Shown piece by piece: positions 21,085 to 31,024 of a DNA stretch of 64,000 bases. How positions within the stretch are numbered: the stretch's first letter is position 1; every line of letters begins with the position of its first letter. Origin of the DNA: Gammaproteobacteria bacterium (GTDB taxonomy: Bacteria > Pseudomonadota > Gammaproteobacteria > CAJXQU01). The stretch covers positions 256,001-320,000 of the forward strand of contig CBDEGZ010000003.1 in NCBI GenBank assembly GCA_965238175.1, read 5' to 3'. A program made the position numbers and the translations under genes. Under the pieces are notes generated by a model. It was not told where the DNA came from and did no database searches. It worked only from the letters and a program-made list of their open reading frames with translations.

Positions 21085-24000
21085 ATGGTAGTTGATCAAA
21101 AAGTGAGAGATGAAGCACTTGATCCAGGTCGATCATTTATTGTTCAGGCCCCGGCTGGTTCTGGAAAAACGGAATTGCTCATGCAACGCTATCTGGCGTT
21201 ATTAGCGACGGTTGAAAATCCTGAAGAAGTTATTGCGATTACTTTTACGCGTAAAGCAACAGCGGAAATGCGCGGTCGAATTCTTAGTGCATTAGAGAAT
21301 GCCGCTAGTAATCAAAAGTCCAATCAACCACATCATCAAAAAACCTGGCAACTTGCTCAGCAGGTTTTGATCAGAGATGAAACATACAACTGGAATTTGC
21401 AACAGAATCCAAATCGTTTGCAGATCCAAACTATTGATGCGATGTGTGCGAGTTTGACTAGACGTATGCCGGTGTTGTCTCGCGCAGGTGTTAATCCACA
21501 AACGATAGAAAAAGCCGATGAGTTGTATCGAAAAGCAGCAAGAGCAACATTGCAAGCATTACCGAAATCAAAAGAGGTCGGAATTCTTTTATCTCATCTT
21601 GATAACAACTGGCAAAAATTGGAGTCAATGATCACCAACTTGTTACAAAAACGAGATCATTGGTTACGACATTTACCGATTAATGGAGAACTGCAACAAG
21701 AGCGAGAAACTTTACAGGCAAGCCTTTGCGCGATCATTTGTCAGACCTTAGAACAAGCCTATCAAAACATACCAGCAGCTTTAATTGAGGAATGGATCGG
21801 TCTAAGTAAATATGCTGCAGAAAATTTATTATCTGAAAAAAAACAAACGCCACTGACCGCTTGTGCTGGTTTACAACAATGGCCAGAACCATTTCCGGAA
21901 GAATTACATTTTTGGGAAGGATTGATTGAATTGGTCTTAACGAAAGATAATAAATGGCGAAAAGCAGTGAATAAAACAATTGGGTTTCCGACCTCGACTG
22001 GTGAGCAAAAACAGTTGCAGGCGGAGATGAAATTAAGCATTTTGAGTTTAATCGAAACGCTAAGTGAAATTCCAGATTTGATCGGAAATTTTCAAGTGAT
22101 AAGACAGTTGCCGAAGCCAGGTTATAGTGAAGATCAATGGCAAATTTTAGGATCCTTATTTGTCGTTTTAAAATTAGCCGTTGCGCAACTACAAATTGTA
22201 TTTCGTGAACAAGGGCAAGTTGACTTTACTGAGGTCAGTATTGCTGCAGTTTACGCACTCGGACATGCTGAACAACCAACCGATCTTGCGTTAGCTCTGG
22301 ATTATAAAATTAATCATTTATTAGTGGATGAATTTCAAGATACATCTATAAGTCAGTACTCACTACTGCAAAGAATCATCGCAGAATGGGAAATTGATGA
22401 TGGGAGAACATTATTCCTCGTCGGTGATCCCATGCAATCTATTTACCGTTTTCGTGAAGCAGACGTTGGATTATTTATAAATGTTCAACAACAAGGCGGG
22501 CTAGGACATGTCCCTTTAACATCGTTAAAACTAACGGTAAATTTCAGATCAAATCACGAAGTAGTTGAATGGGTTAACCACACTTTTCAACGAGCAATGC
22601 CGGTGAAAAATTCAGTCACAAATGGCGCAGTATCCTATACACCTTCACAGGCATTTCACCCTTCTGAATCAGAGGCACTTGTTTCAGTACATCCGTTTAT
22701 CGATACGGATAAAAAACAAGAAGCATTGTTAGTTTGTGATCTAGTTCGACAAGGGATAGAGCAGGAAAAAAATATTGCTGTTTTAGTGCGTAGCAAATCG
22801 CATCTTTTGCAGATTACATCTGCACTAAAAGATCAAAAATTATCTTATCAGGCCGTCGAAATTGAAACCCTGGCGCAACAACCTGTTATTAACGATCTTC
22901 GTTCTTTGACATGTGCGTTATTACATCTCGCAGATAAGATTTCCTGGTTATCAATTTTGCGGGCACCTTGGTGTGGTTTGATATTGGATGATTTGGAAAG
23001 GTTAATGGGTCGATCAAATTTATCTGTTTGGAGTTTGATTAACGCAGATCAAAAAGTTAATTCGATCAGTAATGATGGGAAAAAACGACTTCTCCGAGTA
23101 CGAGCAATTATTAATAAAGCGTTGTTGCAACGACAACGTGTTTCTCTATCACGTTGGGTTGAAGGCGTTTGGGTTTCTTTAGGTGGTCCAGCGTGTTTGG
23201 AAAATGATTCTGATCTTGATAATGCGAATTCTTTTTTTGAATTATTGAATCAACTTGAAGATGCCGGCGAACTTTCTTCTGTCGAAATTTTGGATCAATC
23301 AATTAAAAATTTGTTTGCTTCAGCAGGTCAAGTCACGGATTGTTCTGTGCAATTGATGACGATCCATAAAGCTAAAGGATTAGAGTTTGATACTGTGATC
23401 TTGCCTGCACTTGAGCGACAACCAAGGAATGATGAGCGGCAATTGTTACAATGGACTGAATGGCACAATACAGAAGAAAACGCGGATGAATTATTACTTG
23501 CACCGATAGAAGAAACAGGCCGTGAAAAGGAACGCATAAATCAATATTTATCTTTGCTAGAGAAAGAACGATCACGACACGAAACCGTACGACTTTTATA
23601 TGTTGCGGTGACCAGAGCAAAACAACAACTGCATTTGATTGGCTGTGCAGAATACAATACTAAAAACGAATTAAAATCACCCGATCAACGTTCTTTGTTA
23701 GCATGCATTTGGCTGTCCATTAAAGATCAGTTTGAAGAAAAATCAGATCAAAAAGTTGAGATAAATTCTGTTACTGAGCCAACCGAAACTTTCACTCCTT
23801 ACATAAGCAGATTACCCACTGATTGGCTGTCGCCAGAAAGTTCCGAATCGGTTGATTGGCATGTTGATTTAATTGATGCGAAAAAGAATAAACAAGCAGA
23901 AAAAGAACAAGATTTAGAATTTATCTGGGCAGGTGCTCCAGCAAGGCATATAGGAATCGTTGTGCATCGACTTTTACGGCAGATTGCAGAGGAAGGTCTT

Positions 24001-24474
24001 GAGCAATGGGATCAGAAACGAGTTGATTCTATAACATCGTTGATTAAAACATTGCTTTTGGAATCTGGATTATCTAAAAGCAGATTATCAGTAGCGATTA
24101 AAAAAGTTTTGGAATCAATTAATCAAATATTGCAAGACGAACGAGGTCGTTGGATTTTGAGCGCTGAAAACCGGCAAGCTCAAAGTGAGTACGCACTTAC
24201 CGGTATTGTTAATGGGGAACTGATCAATATCATTATTGATCGGACATTTGTTGATCAAAATGGTACACGTTGGATCATTGATTATAAAACTGGCAGTCAC
24301 GAAGGTGGCGACCTCGAGGGCTTTCTTGATAATGAACAATTGCGTTATCGTGAGCAACTCGAACGTTATGCAAAAATAATCGCAAATCTCGAAAGTCGAC
24401 CTGTTAAATTAGCGCTTTACTTCCCAAAGTTTTGTGGTTGGCGCGAATGGTCATTTCCTGATGCGGGACACTGA
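21085..24474 (+). CDS. addA: AddA/RexA-like UvrD helicase-nuclease
   Basis: APAGSGKT, TFTRKA, VDEFQD, VGDPMQSIYRFR, TIHKAKGLE, YVAVTRA and a C-terminal IIDR…IDYKT…QLERY nuclease. Confidence 0.9.
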   Translation: MVVDQKVRDEALDPGRSFIVQAPAGSGKTELLMQRYLALLATVENPEEVIAITFTRKATAEMRGRILSALENAASNQKSNQPHHQKTWQLAQQVLIRDETYNWNLQQNPNRLQIQTIDAMCASLTRRMPVLSRAGVNPQTIEKADELYRKAARATLQALPKSKEVGILLSHLDNNWQKLESMITNLLQKRDHWLRHLPINGELQQERETLQASLCAIICQTLEQAYQNIPAALIEEWIGLSKYAAENLLSEKKQTPLTACAGLQQWPEPFPEELHFWEGLIELVLTKDNKWRKAVNKTIGFPTSTGEQKQLQAEMKLSILSLIETLSEIPDLIGNFQVIRQLPKPGYSEDQWQILGSLFVVLKLAVAQLQIVFREQGQVDFTEVSIAAVYALGHAEQPTDLALALDYKINHLLVDEFQDTSISQYSLLQRIIAEWEIDDGRTLFLVGDPMQSIYRFREADVGLFINVQQQGGLGHVPLTSLKLTVNFRSNHEVVEWVNHTFQRAMPVKNSVTNGAVSYTPSQAFHPSESEALVSVHPFIDTDKKQEALLVCDLVRQGIEQEKNIAVLVRSKSHLLQITSALKDQKLSYQAVEIETLAQQPVINDLRSLTCALLHLADKISWLSILRAPWCGLILDDLERLMGRSNLSVWSLINADQKVNSISNDGKKRLLRVRAIINKALLQRQRVSLSRWVEGVWVSLGGPACLENDSDLDNANSFFELLNQLEDAGELSSVEILDQSIKNLFASAGQVTDCSVQLMTIHKAKGLEFDTVILPALERQPRNDERQLLQWTEWHNTEENADELLLAPIEETGREKERINQYLSLLEKERSRHETVRLLYVAVTRAKQQLHLIGCAEYNTKNELKSPDQRSLLACIWLSIKDQFEEKSDQKVEINSVTEPTETFTPYISRLPTDWLSPESSESVDWHVDLIDAKKNKQAEKEQDLEFIWAGAPARHIGIVVHRLLRQIAEEGLEQWDQKRVDSITSLIKTLLLESGLSKSRLSVAIKKVLESINQILQDERGRWILSAENRQAQSEYALTGIVNGELINIIIDRTFVDQNGTRWIIDYKTGSHEGGDLEGFLDNEQLRYREQLERYAKIIANLESRPVKLALYFPKFCGWREWSFPDAGH

Positions 24475-24567
24475 CATAGGGAATGGTTGGGCCTCTTTGG
24501 TTTTTATAGGCGCCAATCTACGACTCTAAGATGGTGGAGTGGATTTCATACATCGATTTGGAATTAA

Positions 24568-25542
24568 CTAAGCAATTTCTGCTTCATCTGCATCTATAGT
24601 TTCAACACTTTTTTCCAGTGAAATAACCGCTGTTACTTCATTTCCTTTATCGTTGTATATCAAATTATCTAGACTCATCAAATTGGATGAAGCAATGCCT
24701 CTACCATGAGTATCGAAAACACGTTCAGGACTAAACTCCATGTATTTTCCCCAGTCAAAACCTTCCCCTTGATCCCTAATTATTATTGTTATATTTTTTT
24801 TATTACGCTTAAATGTCACATTGACAAATTTTTCCTTATTTTCAGGTAAGGCCAAACGTCTATCAACCTCATCTTTCCATTGACCTTTTTTATCTAGCTC
24901 AGACTTTTCATGATAGGTGATACCAATATTGCCATGCTCTACAGCATTTACGAATAGCTCGGACAAACCAATAACAACTTTTTGTGGTTTTGGACAAGTT
25001 CTTGCCAAATACGTTGCTAAAGACTGCGCTTCATCTAATGTCTGGAATTGAAACTGCGCGTAATTTATCATCCCTGCTGAAATAATACTTTCCATTAAAG
25101 ACTGTTGAACGCGAACAGCTTTTTTACTTTCCGCAACGGCGCTCCCTACCATTGACAATAAAACATCTTCATCAAATGGCTTCGTCAAATAAAAATATGC
25201 GCCAGCGTCAATCCCTTCTTTAATATCTTCTTTTGTTGATCTTGCTGTTTGTAATATAACGGGTATGTTTTTTAAGGCAGGATCTTGTTGAATTATTTCC
25301 ATCAACTCTAAACCTGTCATAACTGGCATCATACGATCAAGTAATAACACATCTATCTTATGCGCAACTAATTTTAAGATTTCTAAGGCTTCAGCTCCAT
25401 TACTCGCAAAACTTAGTTTGTAATCTTCATTTTCAAGGTAAAACTCAATAATTTCTCTATTGAGTGGTTCGTCATCAACGATGAGGATATGTGGTTTGTT
25501 TTCTTGAATAGAATTACATGTCTCGTTCATATTCATTACCAT
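24568..25542 (-). CDS. Response regulator: REC fused to an RsbW-like HATPase_c domain
   Basis: REC motifs IVDDE, LLDRMMP and KPF; GHKL motifs LSELFVNAVEHGN, IRDQGEGF and HGRGI. Confidence 0.85.
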   Translation of the reverse strand: MVMNMNETCNSIQENKPHILIVDDEPLNREIIEFYLENEDYKLSFASNGAEALEILKLVAHKIDVLLLDRMMPVMTGLELMEIIQQDPALKNIPVILQTARSTKEDIKEGIDAGAYFYLTKPFDEDVLLSMVGSAVAESKKAVRVQQSLMESIISAGMINYAQFQFQTLDEAQSLATYLARTCPKPQKVVIGLSELFVNAVEHGNIGITYHEKSELDKKGQWKDEVDRRLALPENKEKFVNVTFKRNKKNITIIIRDQGEGFDWGKYMEFSPERVFDTHGRGIASSNLMSLDNLIYNDKGNEVTAVISLEKSVETIDADEAEIA

Positions 25543-25564
25543 TGATTAGTAGTACCTTAATAAT

Positions 25565-26569
25565 TTATGCCGGATTTTTTTCAGAAACTGAATTGTTTCT
25601 AGCTTTGCTTTTACTCAATTCAGAATCCTGAGTTTTGCATGCTTCTAATAACAAGGAAAATTTAAATATACTGCCGCCTTCGGGATTTTGTTCAACCCAT
25701 ATATGACCTTCATTTAATTCAATGATACTTTTACAAATTGCTAAACCTAAACCAGTTCCACCTACATATGAGCTAGTTTTACTACTCTGAATAAACTTAT
25801 CAAATACTGACTTTAACTCATTATCTGGGATCCCAACACCTTGATCGGCTATAGATACTTCTAGAGCTGGATATTGTTCTTTATCTATTAACTGAACACT
25901 ATGGCAGTAGGAAATGGTTATCTCTTTACCATTTTCTGAAAACTTAATCGCATTGATTATAATATTTCTAATAACCTGTTCAATTTTAACTGGATCAAAA
26001 AAAGCAACTGTCTCACATTCAGGAACTATAATTTTTACGGAAATAGTTTTTTCATCTAAAACCATCTGCTGTTCAGCCAAGACAATATCAACAACACTTT
26101 GTATATCTGACTTTCTACGGCTAATAACAAATTGACCTGATTCAAATTTTGATAAATCTAGCAAGTCATTAAGTAATGTTAGTAATTTTTTGCCGCTTAT
26201 ATTTATATTACTGAAATATTTTTCTAACCTTTCTAGCTTACTTTTATCTATATCTTTTTTACCAAAATCTGAAAAACTTATAATCGCATGTAGTGGTGTC
26301 CTAAGTTCGTGAGACATATTCGCCAAAAATTCACTTTTAGATCGATTGCGCGCCTCAGCTTTTGCTACAACAGCATGAAAGCTATTTGTCTTTTCTTCAA
26401 TGATTCTCTGTAGGTATATATTACGTTCAAACACTGCAAACGAATCACTTGTGTTTTGAATACTGCGCTGAACCCGATCGCGTAACGCCTTAATCACTTT
26501 ATCTTTTTTATCTAGTTTCTTCTGCAACTTTTCAATTTCTTTTTCTAACACTTCTTCTGATGAGGTCAT
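25565..26569 (-). CDS. Soluble histidine kinase (HisKA + HATPase)
   Basis: FLANMSHELRTPL, NAIKFS, DQGVGI and GTGLGL. Coiled-coil N-terminus, no TM helix. Confidence 0.92.
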   Translation of the reverse strand: MTSSEEVLEKEIEKLQKKLDKKDKVIKALRDRVQRSIQNTSDSFAVFERNIYLQRIIEEKTNSFHAVVAKAEARNRSKSEFLANMSHELRTPLHAIISFSDFGKKDIDKSKLERLEKYFSNINISGKKLLTLLNDLLDLSKFESGQFVISRRKSDIQSVVDIVLAEQQMVLDEKTISVKIIVPECETVAFFDPVKIEQVIRNIIINAIKFSENGKEITISYCHSVQLIDKEQYPALEVSIADQGVGIPDNELKSVFDKFIQSSKTSSYVGGTGLGLAICKSIIELNEGHIWVEQNPEGGSIFKFSLLLEACKTQDSELSKSKARNNSVSEKNPA

Positions 26570-26575
26570 ATCTGA

Positions 26576-27697
26576 TTAACCTCCAATCACGACACCAGTT
26601 AATGTTTGGTTTACATGAATAGAATTGAATTGCTCACCATAGGTACTAAACCCCATAAAGTTTAATGGCATCAAGATCTCTTCCACTTCATCTTTTATAC
26701 CCGTTTCAAGAATTTCCATACGACGATGTATACAGTCAAAGCCTAATGTCATTTCAATATGATCAAAATCGTTTACTAATGCATTGACTCGTTCAGCCAA
26801 GGAATTAACCAAGCCTTCACATTTGCCTACTGTTAGGGGCAGGCCTGCATCCATTGCACATGCAAAAGATAGAGATTCATCTGCATGATAATTTTTAATA
26901 GATCGTACGTACCATTCATCTCCAACTTGCAACATAACTGGAAACGTCGAATAAACTTCCATAGTCAGCTGTTCTTTGCTCACACCAATAATTTCTGCTA
27001 ATTCTGTTGCAGCAGGACCACCATCTATTTCGTAAACAATACGCTTACCAGGGTCTGCTTCGGTTATAGTCATCTCCATGTTTGAAGGTGTATAGTGCTG
27101 CTCTTTAAAAACTTTGAAATTAGACTTGGATTCAATAAGTGCAATTGCAGCTGTACCCGTTTGAAATTTTCCATCAGAAAAAACCGACGTTTTCGTAAAA
27201 GTTAGGCTATCGCCTGCAGAACCGCCAATAACCTCGACTCCGCACAGAGCACTGTGCAAACCTGCTGCAACATGTTCTTCCATCATAGAAAGACCATCGA
27301 TGAGTAAAAATCCAAACATTTTATTTGCATCAAACTTGTCTGAAAACTTCAATTGTTTTTTTAGTTTTTCCGCAATTTCTGACGCAGCAGCGGTACTAAA
27401 AGTGTCCAGTTTATTAATTGTTTCTATGTGAAAGTTAAAAGCAGCCTTCGAAAAGCTTGCCGCAACAATGCCGCCATTTTGGTATGTCGAGCCAATTTCT
27501 CCTGCGGTTGTACAGCCAATAATCGGACATTCAAAAGTCTCGTTCAGTAAATCTGCCAGCAGCTCGAGATCATATTTATCGGAACAGAAAAACGTAATAC
27601 CTGCCAAGTTATCTGTATGAAGATTATTCCGCATGTATTTAACAACTTCTCGCTCATCTAGAGTTGTAATCTCGGTACGAAATACATTTCCAACCAC
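26576..27697 (-). CDS. FIST-domain sensor (NosP-like)
   Basis: FFCS, IGCTTAGEIG, LLIDGLS, GGSAGD, DCIHR and GFSTYGEQF…HVNQT. The likely start is the GTG at 27697 behind GGAG; the ORF track starts at 27829. Confidence 0.88.
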   Translation of the reverse strand: MVGNVFRTEITTLDEREVVKYMRNNLHTDNLAGITFFCSDKYDLELLADLLNETFECPIIGCTTAGEIGSTYQNGGIVAASFSKAAFNFHIETINKLDTFSTAAASEIAEKLKKQLKFSDKFDANKMFGFLLIDGLSMMEEHVAAGLHSALCGVEVIGGSAGDSLTFTKTSVFSDGKFQTGTAAIALIESKSNFKVFKEQHYTPSNMEMTITEADPGKRIVYEIDGGPAATELAEIIGVSKEQLTMEVYSTFPVMLQVGDEWYVRSIKNYHADESLSFACAMDAGLPLTVGKCEGLVNSLAERVNALVNDFDHIEMTLGFDCIHRRMEILETGIKDEVEEILMPLNFMGFSTYGEQFNSIHVNQTLTGVVIGG

Positions 27698-27925
27698 TAA
27701 AACATCTCCTGCAAATAAACCTGAAATAATCAAATTTTCAGCCACAATAACATTGTAGCGACACCAAGGTTCATAACTTAACTTATTAACAAGTACATTT
27801 TCTAACGACAGAGCCTCAATAAAACACACTTACTTAACATTTTAAATTTAAAAAACCTCTTTTGTGTACGTTTATTGCTTTAATCATTATCGAGTAGCAC
27901 CCAAAAACTAATAGAGGAAGCAATA

Positions 27926-28300
27926 ATGGCGAAAATTTTGGCAGTTGATGACGCTAAACTAATGCGAGAACTTGTGAGTGTAAGTTTAGCAACACAAGGT
28001 CACGAGGTTGTGACTGCAAATGACGGGCAAGAAGCTTTGGATTACGCAAAGAATAATTCTGTTGATTTAGTTATAAGTGATGTAAACATGCCAAATTTAA
28101 ACGGCATTAACCTGCTCAAACAACTACGCGAGTTACCACATTATTCAGAAACACCTATCCTTATGTTAACAACTGAAGATGCTCAGTACCGTAAAGATAA
28201 AGCGCGTACTATGGGTGCTAATGGCTGGCTAACAAAACCCTTTGATCCACCAAGATTACAAAGCGCTGTAGAAAAACTTCTTATTAAAGCAACAGCATAA
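27926..28300 (+). CDS. Single-domain CheY-like response regulator
   Basis: ILAVDD, ISDVNMP, MLTT and WLTKPF. Confidence 0.92.
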   Translation: MAKILAVDDAKLMRELVSVSLATQGHEVVTANDGQEALDYAKNNSVDLVISDVNMPNLNGINLLKQLRELPHYSETPILMLTTEDAQYRKDKARTMGANGWLTKPFDPPRLQSAVEKLLIKATA

Positions 28301-28340
28301 GTTAAGAACATCTGCTTGAAGAAATAACGCTGCTTTAAAA

Positions 28341-29566
28341 TGTAGAAATTCAGATTTGATCTGACAGTTACCCAATTATCAGTAACCGACTGTCAGGTTA
28401 AGTTTAATTCACAAACTTTTCCTTCCAGATAGCTTGTCCGTCGATGAGTGTTTCCATCGGCGTCCTCCCGCAGCACATTTTGCCTTGGTGAGTTCGTTGA
28501 GTATTGTATTTGAGCAACCATTCGTCAAGGTCGAGTTGCAGTTCATCAATCGATTGGTAAATTTTCTTACGCAAAGCGACTTGATAAAACTCATTGAGGA
28601 TCGTCTTATGGAATCGCTCACAAATACCATTCGTCTGAGGTGATTTGACCTTGGTTTTGGTGTGTTCGATATTGTTCAACGCCATATAAAGCTGATAATC
28701 ATGCTGGTCAGCTCGCCCACAATACTCCGTCCCTCTATCTGTCAAAATGCGCAACATAGGCAAACGTTGTTCTTCGTAGAATGGGAGGACGCGGTCATTG
28801 AGCATGTCAGCTGCCGTAATCGGTGTTTTAGTCGGGTACAGTTTCGCGTGAGCGACCTTGCTGTAAGTATCAACAAACGTTTGTTGATAAACCCGACCAA
28901 TGCCTTTGAAAGTACCGACATAGTAAGTATCTTGCGAGCCAAGATAACCAGGGTGTGCCGTCTCTATCTCGCCACAAGCCTCATCGTCGTCTTTCTTGCG
29001 TTCCATCGCCGCGACTTGAGACTCAGTGAGGATCAAGCCTTCACCAGCTACCTTATCAGACAATGCCTTCAGGCGATCTTTAAAGCAAGCAAGACCATGA
29101 CGAAGCCAGATACAACGAACGCCACTGGGTGAGACAAATGTTCCCCGTTTGCGCAGCTCGTTACTGGTGCGCGTTTGACCATGTGCGGGCTCTTCCAGTG
29201 CATACTCGAGCACAACGGTTTCAATAGCCGGGTCGATTCTGTTTTTAAGATTTGGGGTACGCCGATTACGATCAAACAAGGCTTCTACACCGCCTTCATC
29301 AGCCGCTTCTTTGTAGCGATAAAATGTATCTCTGGACAAACCCATCATCTTGCAGGCTTTTGAGACATTGCCGAGTTCTTCAGCGAGATTGAGTAGACCA
29401 ACTTTATGTTTTATAACTTTGTCATTAGTATGAATCATGAGAGTTACCTCTTTGTGTTTTGATGTTTACGTTGCAGTTACATCAAAGCGGGTAACTCTCA
29501 CTAAATCAAGCGTCGCTACGCTCCGCTTGATTTAGTGATGTGTCAGATTGGGTCTAAACTTCTACA
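28341..29566 (-). mobile_element. IS481-family insertion sequence, copy 2 (1226 bp, 7-bp target duplication TTTAAAA)
   Basis: Same termini as copy 1. TTTAAAA is present at 28334-28340 and 29567-29573. Confidence 0.95.
28404..29438 (-). CDS. IS481-family DDE transposase
   Basis: Identical to copy 1 except RDTFY instead of RDIFY. Confidence 0.95.
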   Translation of the reverse strand: MIHTNDKVIKHKVGLLNLAEELGNVSKACKMMGLSRDTFYRYKEAADEGGVEALFDRNRRTPNLKNRIDPAIETVVLEYALEEPAHGQTRTSNELRKRGTFVSPSGVRCIWLRHGLACFKDRLKALSDKVAGEGLILTESQVAAMERKKDDDEACGEIETAHPGYLGSQDTYYVGTFKGIGRVYQQTFVDTYSKVAHAKLYPTKTPITAADMLNDRVLPFYEEQRLPMLRILTDRGTEYCGRADQHDYQLYMALNNIEHTKTKVKSPQTNGICERFHKTILNEFYQVALRKKIYQSIDELQLDLDEWLLKYNTQRTHQGKMCCGRTPMETLIDGQAIWKEKFVN

Positions 29567-29579
29567 TTTAAAAACAGCG

Positions 29580-30971
29580 TTATTTTTTTGACTCAAATAC
29601 CTTCCGTTTACCTTGGTTTTTTATCCTTTCCACCATTTTATTTTTCTGTCCTTGAAAAGGATTGTTACCCTGTCTAAACTCAATTTTTATTGGTGTACCA
29701 ACTAATTTTAACGATTTTCGAAAAGCATTCTCGAGATAACGTCGGTAGGATGCAGGAACGGATTTCACTTGATTCCCGTGGATAACAAATCGTGGCGGAT
29801 TTTGTCCAGCCATATGAGCAAATCGTAATTTGATCCTGTGATTACGAACAATCGGCGGCTGATGATCAGTAATTGCTTGTTCCAATATACGATTCAGTTT
29901 TGATGTTCCAACTTGAACATTCGCAGAATTGTAGGCTTTATTAATGCTGCCAAATAGATTCCCAACTCCCGTTCCATGTAATGCTGAAATAAAGTGTGTT
30001 TTAGCAAAATCAATAAAACGCAATTTTCTCTCTAATTCACGTTTAATCCAATCTCGTTGATCTGGTTCCAAACCATCCCACTTGTTAACCGCTATAACTA
30101 ACGCTCTACCGCTATCTAACACCATTCCTAACAAAGAAGTATCTTGATCTGTAACGGTTTCTTGCGCGTCAATCACCAACACAACTACATTCGCATTATC
30201 TATCGCCCGTATTGTTTTGATGACACTGAACTTTTCGATCATCTCATTGACTCGCGCTCGTCGACGAACACCAGCTGTATCAATCAAAGTATAATGTTTT
30301 CCATTACGTTCAAATGGAACATCGATACTATCACGTGTCGTACCTGGTTGATCAAAAGCAATAACTCGATCTTCTCCAACAATACGATTAATTAATGTGG
30401 ACTTACCGACATTTGGTCTTCCGAGAATGGTAACCGCGATCCCACGATCTGTTTCATCTTCTGGATCTGATACAAAAGCTTCTGATAATTGATTGAGTAC
30501 AGATCCGATCAATTCTCCTTTACCTTGTCCATGCGCCGCTGAAATAGGGAAGGGATCACCCAGACCTAACGCAAAAAATTCGGCAATGACAACATCTCGA
30601 ATTAGCCCTTCAGATTTATTGACCGCGAGAAGAATGGGCTTTTGCAGTTTACGTAGCTGATTTGCAATCGTTTGATCTTCAACATTCAACCCTTCTCGTC
30701 CATCGACAATAAAAACGATAACGTCTGCCTCTGCGGCGGCGCGTATCGACTGTTGAGAAATCAGCGCATCAATCCCTTCTTTTTTCTCAGTGAGCCCACC
30801 TGTATCAATAACAATACAAGCGGTTTCATCGAACATGACCTCGCCGTAAATACGATCTCTTGTCAGGCCAGGCTGATCTGCTACAAGCGCATCACGGGTT
30901 CCAGTGAGTTGATTGAAAAGAGTCGATTTACCAACATTTGGACGACCAACAAGGGCGATATACGGTTTCAA
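29580..30971 (-). CDS. der: Ribosome biogenesis GTPase Der/EngA
   Basis: Two GRPNVGKS motifs, DTGG/DTAG, NKSE/NKWD and a KH-like C-terminus. Confidence 0.97.
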   Translation of the reverse strand: MKPYIALVGRPNVGKSTLFNQLTGTRDALVADQPGLTRDRIYGEVMFDETACIVIDTGGLTEKKEGIDALISQQSIRAAAEADVIVFIVDGREGLNVEDQTIANQLRKLQKPILLAVNKSEGLIRDVVIAEFFALGLGDPFPISAAHGQGKGELIGSVLNQLSEAFVSDPEDETDRGIAVTILGRPNVGKSTLINRIVGEDRVIAFDQPGTTRDSIDVPFERNGKHYTLIDTAGVRRRARVNEMIEKFSVIKTIRAIDNANVVVLVIDAQETVTDQDTSLLGMVLDSGRALVIAVNKWDGLEPDQRDWIKRELERKLRFIDFAKTHFISALHGTGVGNLFGSINKAYNSANVQVGTSKLNRILEQAITDHQPPIVRNHRIKLRFAHMAGQNPPRFVIHGNQVKSVPASYRRYLENAFRKSLKLVGTPIKIEFRQGNNPFQGQKNKMVERIKNQGKRKVFESKK

Positions 30972-31024
30972 AGTAAGAGACTTTTGTTGATCGAACCTTT
31001 GGTGTTGGTGACGTGGGGGGTTAT

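Noticed and set aside
10818-29566. Composite transposon formed by IS copies 1 and 2 (or 2 and 3)
   Set aside because: Copies 1 and 2 each carry their own target duplication, so they are independent insertions, and the enclosed genes are mostly housekeeping.
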